Both the position numbers and the translations under genes were made by a program. Source: Acidimicrobiales bacterium (GTDB taxonomy: Bacteria; Actinomycetota; Acidimicrobiia; Acidimicrobiales; CAIXPF01). Taken from it: a stretch of DNA of 64,000 nt. Shown here one piece after another: positions 34,710 to 42,800 of this stretch. The notes under the pieces are model-generated. The model saw only the letters and a program-made list of their open reading frames with translations. It had not been told where the DNA came from and searched no databases. The DNA lies in contig JBJXFH010000102.1 in assembly GCA_046155365.1 (NCBI GenBank), positions 17,651-81,650 of the forward strand. Reading direction: 5' to 3'. Numbering within the stretch: position 1 is the stretch's first letter; every line of letters begins with the position of its first letter.

Positions 34710-35792
34710 TCAGGCGCCGGCCCCACCGGGGTGCGGTCGACGGATACCCAACGCGAACGCCGGTGCACCGCTCAGGCTAGTAGCCACCGTTAAGAGGTAG
34801 AGCAGCAGCCCCAGCGCCACTGCCCGCTCGGTGGGGACGCCCAGAGGGTTGAGAAAGAGCGTCAGCGCCCACTCCCGTACCCCCAGGCCTCCCACCGCGA
34901 TGGGCAGCACCTGCAGGATGCCGATGGCGGGGTAGAACACCAACAGGGCAGTAGCCCCTACTTGGTCGATGCCCAAAACCCGGGCTGCGGTGTACGCCGC
35001 GGCGATCTGCGCCAGGCTCAGCAACGCGCCGGCGAAGAACACCTCCAGGCCTTCCCGCGGTCGGCTGCGCAGGCTGGTCAGGCCCATGTGGGTGGTGCCC
35101 ACCATGCGCCGCCAGCCCGGCGCGGCCCCGCTGAAGCGTCGACCGAGGGATCGGTGCCCACCGGCAACCATCAGCACGCCCAGCACCAGCCAGGTCCCCA
35201 GGGCCACCAGCAGGGCCACCTGCGCGGCGCGGCCGGCGTGACGGAGGCCGGTGTCGAACACGAACCCGATGAGCGTGAACAGTGGTAGCACCGCCCAACC
35301 GGTGAGCCGCTCGAGCGCCACCGAGGCCGCAACTCCGGACCCGTCACCGACCTCGCCGGCCAGTCGGCGGGCCCGCAGGACGTCACCGCCCACCGACCCC
35401 GGTAGGGCCACGGACACGAACTGGCCCGCCAGCGTGTGGCGCAAGACCCGCCCCCGTTCGGCCCGGATGCCCAAAAGCCGCAGCATGTGATGCCAGCGAG
35501 CGGAGGCGCAACCGTAGCTGACCAGGAAAAACGTGATGCCGCTGCCGATGAGCAGGACGTTGCCCACCGACCAGCGGGGAATCAGCGCCGAGAGGTGGAC
35601 CTCGGGCAGGCGGGCCCACAGCACACCCAGCAGCGCAGCGCTGACCGTCATCCGCAACCCCAAAGACAGCCACCGACGCCGGGGAGAGGCGGTCTTGGCA
35701 GGCGCGGCGGCAAGGACGGAGCCGGGAGCGGATGTCCCGGGTTCGGAACCGCTCATCGTGACGTTCCGCGTCGAGGCCACGGCGGCGAGCAT
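34710..35792 (-). CDS. flippase-like / lysylphosphatidylglycerol-synthase TM-region (YbhN/UPF0104) family membrane protein
   Basis: ORF 34710-35792 (alternative start Met13 at 35756), with about eight TM helices. Family-typical segments are LPGSVGGDVLRARRL and LPIAVGGLGVREWAL. Confidence 0.7.
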   Translation of the reverse strand: MLAAVASTRNVTMSGSEPGTSAPGSVLAAAPAKTASPRRRWLSLGLRMTVSAALLGVLWARLPEVHLSALIPRWSVGNVLLIGSGITFFLVSYGCASARWHHMLRLLGIRAERGRVLRHTLAGQFVSVALPGSVGGDVLRARRLAGEVGDGSGVAASVALERLTGWAVLPLFTLIGFVFDTGLRHAGRAAQVALLVALGTWLVLGVLMVAGGHRSLGRRFSGAAPGWRRMVGTTHMGLTSLRSRPREGLEVFFAGALLSLAQIAAAYTAARVLGIDQVGATALLVFYPAIGILQVLPIAVGGLGVREWALTLFLNPLGVPTERAVALGLLLYLLTVATSLSGAPAFALGIRRPHPGGAGA

Positions 35793-35877
35793 ACGCCCAT
35801 GATTGCCGTTGTGTTGCGAAAGCCGAGTTCGGGAGCCGATTGGGTGCGGTGCGTGTGTAGTGGACCGCGAAACGTGC

Positions 35878-36291
35878 TCAGCGAAGCTTTTCGAGGAACC
35901 GGGCCCGGCTGACCACCACCCGGCTCACCCGGCCGACGGCCACTAGCCCCCGATCGTCGTTGACGGTGACCTTGAAGCTGACCCGGGCGCCTTCGATCTC
36001 CTCGAGCACCGCTTCCACCCGGATCGAGGCGCCGACCCCGGTGGGGGCCAAATGGTCCAACTGCACCCGCATGCCGACGCTGGTCTTGCCCTCCTCGAGG
36101 TGGCCGTTGAGGGCATCAACGGTTGCTTTTTCGCACAGGGCCAGCACCCGGGGGGTGGCCAGGACGGGGACGTCACCGGAGCCCATGGCGATGGTCGTGT
36201 CACTGTGGGTGACCTCATGGTCGAACGCGGCCCGTAGGCCCTGCTCCAGGGGCACGGGTCGATACCATACGGTGGTCGTCACGCTGCGCAC
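35878..36291 (-). CDS. hotdog-fold thioesterase (fluoroacetyl-CoA thioesterase-like family)
   Basis: ORF 35878-36540. The conserved part begins about at VRSVTTTVWYRPVPLEQG. Motifs DTTIAMGSGDVPVLATPRVLALCEKA and a C-terminal beta-sheet. Start taken at an internal GTG (36291 or 36282); the ATG at 36360 would overlap the divergent tldD start. Confidence 0.65.
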   Translation of the reverse strand: MRSVTTTVWYRPVPLEQGLRAAFDHEVTHSDTTIAMGSGDVPVLATPRVLALCEKATVDALNGHLEEGKTSVGMRVQLDHLAPTGVGASIRVEAVLEEIEGARVSFKVTVNDDRGLVAVGRVSRVVVSRARFLEKLR

Positions 36292-36352
36292 ATATCCGCC
36301 GGCGTGCGGGGCACCGTCGCCGTTGACGGCTGCTGGGTAACTGCTGAGGGAG

Positions 36353-37753
36353 TTGCGCATGCTGGACGCCGACCTGGTCGCCCGCACCCTGGACGCGGCC
36401 TTGAGCCGCGGTGGCCAATTCGCCGAGCTGTTCGTGGAGGACGCCCGATCCGCCAGCGTCTCCCTGGATGACGGCCGCATCGAAGATCTGGTTTCCGGCC
36501 GTGACCGTGGCGCCGGCATCCGGGTGGTGGTCGGTGACACCAGCGGTTTCGCTCACACCGCGGACCTGTCCCCGGCGGGGTTGGCGCACACTGCAGAGCT
36601 GGCCGCAGCCGCCGCAGCCCGGGGTTCGAGCGGGTCCCGTCGCTCGGCCAGTGCGTTGACGGAGTTGCGGGCCCACACCGGTCCGCTGGTGATCGATCCC
36701 GCCACGGTGGCCAAGGACCGCAAGGTAGAGGTGTTGCGGCGGGCTGAGGCTGCGGCGCGCGGGCATCACCGGGCCATCAGCCAGGTGGCGGTGCGCTACG
36801 GGGACGTGCGCCGGCGGGTGCTGGTGGCCAACAGCGACGGGGTGTTCGTCACCGACGATCTGACCAAGTCCTCCTTCTCGGTGTCCGCGGTGGCCAAGGG
36901 CGACGCCGGGTTGCAGACCGGCCGCCAGTCGGTGGGCCAGGTGTGCGGGTTCGAGCTGCTGGACCGTTATGACGTGGAGGACATGGGACGCCAGGCCGCT
37001 GCCCGGGCCGTGGCCAAGTTGGATGCCCGTCCGGCGCCGTCGGGCACGCTGCCGGTGGTCATCGCCGGTGGGTCCGGTGGGGTGTTGTTCCACGAGGCCT
37101 GCGGGCACGGGCTGGAGGCGGACCTGGTGGCCAAGGGGGCCTCGGTGTTCGCCGGCCGTAAGGGTGAGCAGGTGGCCAGCCCGCTGGTGACGTTGATCGA
37201 TGACGGTTCGGTCACCGGCGAATGGGGGTTCTTCGGTTTCGACGACGAGGGCCGCCCGGCGCAGCGCAACGTGCTCATCGAGCGGGGCGTGTTGAGCGAC
37301 TACATGTACGACCACATCCGGGCCCGGGACGAGGGCCGCGCCGGTACCGGCAACGGTCGCCGCCAGAGCTACCGGCACCTGCCGATGGTGCGCATGACCA
37401 ACACCTACATCAGCGCCGGCACCGATGATCCGGCGGACATCATTTCCGGCACCGACCACGGCGTGTACATCGCCCAGCTCGGCGGCGGGCAGGTCAACAC
37501 CGCCTCCGGTGACTTTGTGTTCGGCATGACCGAGGCCTATCTCATCGAGAACGGACAGATTACCGAGGCCCTGCGGGACGGGAACCTGATCGGTAACGGG
37601 CCGGCGGCGCTGCTGGCGATAGACGCCATGGGCAACGATTTCTCGATGGGTTATCCCGGTACCTGCGGCAAGGACGGCCAGGGCGTACCGGTTGGTATGG
37701 GAACGCCCACGTTGCGGGTGCCGGCGCTGACCATCGGCGGCACCGCAGCATGA
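36353..37753 (+). CDS. tldD: TldD family metalloprotease
   Basis: ORF 36353-37753. Motifs GAGIRVVVGDTSGFAHT, LFHEACGHGLEADL and RMTNTYI. It overlaps the downstream gene by 4 nt. Confidence 0.9.
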   Translation: MRMLDADLVARTLDAALSRGGQFAELFVEDARSASVSLDDGRIEDLVSGRDRGAGIRVVVGDTSGFAHTADLSPAGLAHTAELAAAAAARGSSGSRRSASALTELRAHTGPLVIDPATVAKDRKVEVLRRAEAAARGHHRAISQVAVRYGDVRRRVLVANSDGVFVTDDLTKSSFSVSAVAKGDAGLQTGRQSVGQVCGFELLDRYDVEDMGRQAAARAVAKLDARPAPSGTLPVVIAGGSGGVLFHEACGHGLEADLVAKGASVFAGRKGEQVASPLVTLIDDGSVTGEWGFFGFDDEGRPAQRNVLIERGVLSDYMYDHIRARDEGRAGTGNGRRQSYRHLPMVRMTNTYISAGTDDPADIISGTDHGVYIAQLGGGQVNTASGDFVFGMTEAYLIENGQITEALRDGNLIGNGPAALLAIDAMGNDFSMGYPGTCGKDGQGVPVGMGTPTLRVPALTIGGTAA

Positions 37754-39126
37754 GCGTGGAGACGGCCGCCGCCCCGGAGGATCTTGGCCAGCTGGCGGCG
37801 CGCTGGGCCGATCGGGCGGTGGCCGGGGAACACCTCGAGGTGGTGGTGGGCCGGGGCCGATCAACCGAGGTCAAGGCCTACAACGGCGAGGTCGAGTCCT
37901 TCACGTCGGCGGAATCGTTTGGGGTTGGCATCCGGGTGCTGGTGGAGCGGGATGGCGGCATGGCCCAGGGGTTCGCCCACGCCGGTTCCTTCGATGAGGA
38001 CGTGCTGACGGACACCCTGGCCGAAGCCCGGGACAACGCCCGCTTCGCTGAGGCCGATCCCTGGGCCGGTCTGGCCCAACCCGACGGGGTGGCCGCGGTG
38101 GAACAGGAACTGTGGAACGAGGCCGTCACCCGCTTCAGCCCCGAGGACAAGATCAAGTTGGCGTTGGAGTTGGAGGCCGCCACCAAGGGCTTCTCGCCCA
38201 AGATCAAGGGCGTGCGGGTGTCCTCCTACGGTGATTCCGCCGGGGAGGTGGCGTTGGCCTCAACCGCCGGGATCCGCATTGCCAGCCGGGCCACCAGCTG
38301 TTGGATGGCGGTGTCAGCCATGGCCGGGGACGAACACGAAACCCACATGGGTTACGGCGTGGACGTGGGTCGTGACCCAAGGGGGCTGGACGTCGAAGCC
38401 GCCGCCGAAGAGGCCGCCACCCAAGCGGTGCGGCTCATCGGGGCCCGTCAGGTGCCTTCCCAGCGGCTGACGCTGGTGTTGGAACCGAAGCTGGCGGCCA
38501 CCATTCTGGGCATCATCGGTGCCATGTTGAGCGGTGAGGTGGTGGTCAAGGGCCGCACGCCTTTCGCTGATCGGTTGGGTCAGCACATCGCCTCGCCGTT
38601 GCTGACCCTGGTTGATGACCCCACCGACGCTCGTTCCATGGCCGCGGACAGCTTCGACGGTGAGGGTCTGGCCTGCCGCCGCAACGTGTTGATCGATCAG
38701 GGCACGCTGAACGGCTTCCTGCACAACAGTTACACCGCTCGCCGGGCCGGGGTGGCCTCCACCGCGTCGGCGGTGCGGGGGTCGCGGTCCATGCCCGGGG
38801 TGGGCCCGCAGGCGTTGGCGGTGGTGCCCGGTACCACCCCCTATGCGGAGCTGCTGGCCGGGGTGGACAACGGCATCCTGGTGCAAACCATGGCCGGGCT
38901 GCATTCCGGTGTGAACCCGGTCAGCGGTGACTTTTCCGTTGGTGCGGAGGGCCTGATGATCCGCAACGGGCAGTTGGCCGAACCGGTCCGCGAGGTCACC
39001 ATCGCCTCCACCCTGCCCCGTCTGCTGTTGGACCTGGTGGCCGTGGGCGCCGAATTGGAATGGCTCCCCGGCGGCTCCGGCAGCGCCGCGCTGCTGTTCG
39101 AAGGGGTCAGCCTGGCCGGGTCCTGA
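37750..39126 (+). CDS. pmbA: PmbA/TldE family metalloprotease partner
   Basis: ORF 37750-39126. Motifs SFGVGIRVLVERDGGMAQGFAH and GVNPVSGDFSVGAEGLMIRNG. ATGA overlap with tldD. Confidence 0.9.
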   Translation: MSVETAAAPEDLGQLAARWADRAVAGEHLEVVVGRGRSTEVKAYNGEVESFTSAESFGVGIRVLVERDGGMAQGFAHAGSFDEDVLTDTLAEARDNARFAEADPWAGLAQPDGVAAVEQELWNEAVTRFSPEDKIKLALELEAATKGFSPKIKGVRVSSYGDSAGEVALASTAGIRIASRATSCWMAVSAMAGDEHETHMGYGVDVGRDPRGLDVEAAAEEAATQAVRLIGARQVPSQRLTLVLEPKLAATILGIIGAMLSGEVVVKGRTPFADRLGQHIASPLLTLVDDPTDARSMAADSFDGEGLACRRNVLIDQGTLNGFLHNSYTARRAGVASTASAVRGSRSMPGVGPQALAVVPGTTPYAELLAGVDNGILVQTMAGLHSGVNPVSGDFSVGAEGLMIRNGQLAEPVREVTIASTLPRLLLDLVAVGAELEWLPGGSGSAALLFEGVSLAGS

Positions 39127-39295
39127 GGCTGCGATCAGGCCAGGGGCGCGTCTATCCAGCTTGCCGCTGAAGTAACTTCAGATAGGCCCCGCTTTGCGGC
39201 ATGTCGATCTTTGGGCATGGCTGGAGCGCATTTCCCGTGGCATTGCTCATTAGTTGCTCTGCCGAGCGGGACACGGCCAGAACGGAAAGGGCCCG

Positions 39296-39325
39296 TGCGC
39301 CGTCCTCAGTTGCGCCGTCCTCAGT
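39296..39325. repeat. perfect 15-bp tandem duplication (tgcgccgtcctcagt x2) in a non-coding spacer
   Basis: Read directly at 39296-39310 and 39311-39325, inside the 342-bp spacer between the convergent pmbA and the cyclase-STAND gene. Confidence 0.9.
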
Positions 39326-39468
39326 AGTGGAGGCGCAAGGTTCACGGAGTTATCCTGAGCTGTTCATTTCGGACAAGATGGGCGGCAACGTCCTTGTTCG
39401 CGTGGATGCCCTCGGCGAGCAATTCATTGATGGGATTGCTACCGGCGGATTCGGACGGGGCGAGCCGG

Positions 39469-42400
39469 TCAGCGCCAGCCGAGGGTTTCCAGCCGGGAGC
39501 GGGCTCGTCCGAAGTCGAAGCGGTGGGCCAACTGATGTGCCTGGCCCAACAGCGCGGCGGCCTCGTCGGATCGGCCCTCACCGGCCCCGGACAGAAACTC
39601 GCCGTAGGCCAGGGCCGCCTGTACCGTCCACAGCGGGCTGCCGGATCGTTGCGCCAGTTTCAGGCAACGTTGAAAGCACGCTTCGGCCAGGGCGACGTCG
39701 CCGGTCCGCGCCGCCAGCGCGCCCCGGAAGCGATCAGCGGGACCGATGCAGCCGTTCAGCGAGCCCACCATGATGCAGATGTCCGCCCACGGCTCGAGCA
39801 TCTGCAGCAGGGCGTCCGCCTGCGCCGGGGTGCCCACAACCGAGGCGGCGTCCGCCAGCAGGCTCAGCGACGCTCCCCGCAGGCTGTCGTCCCCGACCGC
39901 GACCATCCCCGGTCCCACCGCTCGTGGTCCCACCACCCGGTCGAGCACTGCCCGCGCCTCATCATGCAGGCCAAGCTCCGCGCACACCGCAGCCAGGCCC
40001 GGTTGCCAGGCGGCTCCAACGACTCCAAGACGCGCCGCCAGCCGGACCGCGGCTGCGACCTCCTGCAGGCGGCCCTGCTCGCGGCGCAGCAGGAACATCT
40101 GCAGGCCGTAGATCCCTTCGACGTCGAAGCCGGTCATGGAGGCGGCCACCTGGCGGCCACGTTCGTAGCAGGCCTCGGCCCGGGCGAAGTCACCTTCCGC
40201 CATGTGCACCATGGCCCAACAATTGGACAACTCGACCTCGTAGAACCGGTAGTGCAGGGCAATTCGTTCAAACGTTGCCAGCCGCCCTTTCGCCGCCGTC
40301 AGATTCCCTTGTTCGAGGTCCACCCGCATCTGCAAACCGGAAATGGGCGCAAACGGGTCCATCGCCGCGGTGTTGGTCTCCATCTCCACCGCCCGTCGCA
40401 GCGCCCGGTGACAGATCGAGCGATCTTGAGGCCGGAAATACACGTGGAAATGGGTGCTCAGGGCCATCAGCTCGGCTGCCTCGTCCCCGCATCGCCGGGC
40501 CATTTCCTCGGCCTGCACGATCACCGGCCCGGCCCGCTCGTGCTGCGCTGTTGGGCTCAGGGAACGGGCGAGTTCGGTAGCCACCAGTGAGCGCTCGGCG
40601 CTGTCCCCCGGGGGTAGGTGGGCCAGCACCCGTTCCAAGAGCGCCACGACAGCGTCACCGGAGCGGCCCATCCAGGCCGACATCTTGCTGTATTGGATGA
40701 CCGCGGGAACCGCCAGGTCGGGCCATCCGCCGGCGTCGGCCAACTCCAGCGTCTCGGTGAGGCGCTCGAAACCGCCGCTCAGATCGGTGGTGCGGACCCG
40801 GGCCTCTCCCTCGCCCAGCGCCGCCTCCACATACGCTCGGGTATGGGACAACCCGGTTTGGCTCAGCAGTCGGCGGGCTTCGCTGAAATGCGCAACCGCC
40901 GACTCATGATCGAACTGGTAGCGGGCCTGGCGGCCGGCACGTTGGAGCGCATCGGCGGTGCGCTGGGGGTCTGCGCCCACCGCCAGCGCCTCCACCAGGT
41001 GATGGGCCAAGGCCTCGGCCACCGCGTCCAACCCCAACCTGTGCACGACCTCGATGGCGTCGGCCAAGTGCAGGTGCGCCGCCGCCACCGCGGTGACGCC
41101 GGCCTCGGCGAGCAGCGCCTGGCGCACCAGCACATGGCCGAAACGGAAGCGACCCACGCCCAGCTCGCCGATCAAGCCGGCTCGCCGCAATTCCTGTACC
41201 GGATCCAGGAGGGTGACCACTGGCCGGCCCAGGGCGCCGGCCACTATTGCCAGCTCCCACTCGGTACCGGACACCGCGGCCATTGACAGCAACGCCCGGG
41301 CTTGCGATGACAACGCTCGGGTGCGTCGTCGAACGGCGGCACCGATGTCCGCCCCCGAACCGGACAACAGGGTCAAGAACAACGGGTTGCCGCCCGTCTG
41401 ATCGAAAAGCTCCAAGGCGGCGGCCTCATCGGCGCCGACCAACTCCCCGATGGCGTCGGTACCGAGACCATGCAATTCCACGCCAAGGGTGCTGGCCCGC
41501 ACCAGCAACTCGTCGTGGAGGCCCTGCACCGCCGCGCCATACGCTTCGGTACTGCGGGAGGTGAACACCAGCGCCAGGCGGGCCGAGGGCACCGTGTCGA
41601 CCACAAAACGCAGGAGTTGGACGGTGCTGGCGTTGGCCCAATGCACGTCGTCGATCACCAACATCACCGGCCGCGTACCGCTGAGCATGTCGAGCCACGA
41701 GACCACGGCGTCGAACAACCGCGGCTGGTCCGCGCCGGGGGCGGGGGTCACCTCGCCGGCGTCGGCCAGCGCCGTGATGGCCGGGGCCAAGCGGGCCAAC
41801 ATCGTGGGATCTGCTCCCATGGTGGCGATATCGGGAGCGATGGCGACGAACTGACGCAGTGCCTCGGCGATGGGTTGAAAGGGATACGCCATGTCCTCAT
41901 CGCAGCGACCGAACAGCACCAGCGCCCCGCCGGCCGCGGCCCGGTCGGCAACGGCGGCCGCGGTTCGGGTCTTGCCGATTCCCGCTTCGCCGTTTATCCA
42001 CAGCACCTTGAGCCGTTCGATGTTTCCGAGATGGTCCACGGCGCGTTGCAATACGTCCTGCCGACCAACAAAGCGAGCCTCGTTGGCCAGGCTTAGGGCC
42101 GCGGGCAAAGACAGGGTGCCAGCATGGGTTGCCAACGGGGGATCCCAACACACCTCCCAGGCCAGCATCGGCTCGGGCAGACCCCGCAACTCCAGCAACC
42201 CTCGCTCGAGGAAACGATGTGAGCCCCGCCCGCGGGCCAGCACCCGGACCAGATCGGCGCACAGGATGGTCCCGCCCTCCGCCAACGCCTCGAGTCGGGC
42301 TGCCTCCACCACCGGGGCACCGAAACAGTCACCGTCCTCCCAGGACACGTCGCCGACCGATAACCCCATCCGCACCGCCAGCTCGGCCCCCGCTGGTGCG

Positions 42401-42699
42401 GTCTGGTTGTACCGCCACAATGCCTGTTGTGCGGTTACCGCGGCGTTGAGCGCATCGGTCGCCGAAGCGAACGCAGCCATGACGCCATCGCCGCTGCCTT
42501 TGACCACCACCCCCCGCTGGGCGTGCACCTCAGCGGTGAGTAGCTGGTCGTGCTGGCGGCGTAGCTGGTCTGCGGCTTCCTCGCCCAAGGCAGCCCGCAT
42601 GGCGGTGGAGCCCACCAGATCGGTGAACAGGATGATGGCCAGCGCCGGCCCCTCCGGTGGCACCAAGAAGGGCACACCCCCAGCACTTGCCATTCGCAC
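39469..42699 (-). CDS. class III nucleotidyl-cyclase-like domain / P-loop (AAA_16, STAND-like) NTPase / TPR-like repeat protein
   Basis: ORF 39469-42699 (1076 aa). Cyclase motifs ILFTDLVGSTAM, KGSGDGVMAAF and DCFGAPVVEAARLE. Walker A GEAGIGKT (about 41968-41991), Walker B VMLVIDDVHWAN, and a long helical repeat C-terminus. No HTH seen. Confidence 0.85.
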   Translation of the reverse strand: MRMASAGGVPFLVPPEGPALAIILFTDLVGSTAMRAALGEEAADQLRRQHDQLLTAEVHAQRGVVVKGSGDGVMAAFASATDALNAAVTAQQALWRYNQTAPAGAELAVRMGLSVGDVSWEDGDCFGAPVVEAARLEALAEGGTILCADLVRVLARGRGSHRFLERGLLELRGLPEPMLAWEVCWDPPLATHAGTLSLPAALSLANEARFVGRQDVLQRAVDHLGNIERLKVLWINGEAGIGKTRTAAAVADRAAAGGALVLFGRCDEDMAYPFQPIAEALRQFVAIAPDIATMGADPTMLARLAPAITALADAGEVTPAPGADQPRLFDAVVSWLDMLSGTRPVMLVIDDVHWANASTVQLLRFVVDTVPSARLALVFTSRSTEAYGAAVQGLHDELLVRASTLGVELHGLGTDAIGELVGADEAAALELFDQTGGNPLFLTLLSGSGADIGAAVRRRTRALSSQARALLSMAAVSGTEWELAIVAGALGRPVVTLLDPVQELRRAGLIGELGVGRFRFGHVLVRQALLAEAGVTAVAAAHLHLADAIEVVHRLGLDAVAEALAHHLVEALAVGADPQRTADALQRAGRQARYQFDHESAVAHFSEARRLLSQTGLSHTRAYVEAALGEGEARVRTTDLSGGFERLTETLELADAGGWPDLAVPAVIQYSKMSAWMGRSGDAVVALLERVLAHLPPGDSAERSLVATELARSLSPTAQHERAGPVIVQAEEMARRCGDEAAELMALSTHFHVYFRPQDRSICHRALRRAVEMETNTAAMDPFAPISGLQMRVDLEQGNLTAAKGRLATFERIALHYRFYEVELSNCWAMVHMAEGDFARAEACYERGRQVAASMTGFDVEGIYGLQMFLLRREQGRLQEVAAAVRLAARLGVVGAAWQPGLAAVCAELGLHDEARAVLDRVVGPRAVGPGMVAVGDDSLRGASLSLLADAASVVGTPAQADALLQMLEPWADICIMVGSLNGCIGPADRFRGALAARTGDVALAEACFQRCLKLAQRSGSPLWTVQAALAYGEFLSGAGEGRSDEAAALLGQAHQLAHRFDFGRARSRLETLGWR

Positions 42700-42800
42700 C
42701 CCCCAGCGACCACCTGAGCTCCCGGCCCCCCGACCTTCGCAGCGTAGCTTCGCCCCTGAATTTGAGCTCGACTGCTGCCGGTCAGCGTTAAGCTCATCGC

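Noticed and set aside
36353-36361. Apparent 5' overlap of the divergent hotdog-thioesterase and tldD genes, sharing the palindrome GCGCATGC (ATG on both strands)
   Set aside because: The conserved hotdog core starts about 25 codons downstream of that ATG, and in-frame GTG codons at 36291 and 36282 give a normal ~135-aa protein and a ~60-70-bp divergent promoter spacer. The overlap is most likely an ORF-extension artefact.
36215-37864. 549-aa minus-strand ORF across tldD
   Set aside because: It is antisense to tldD, which carries HEACGHGLEAD and other family motifs. The minus-strand translation has no recognisable motif and an Arg/Pro/Gly bias.
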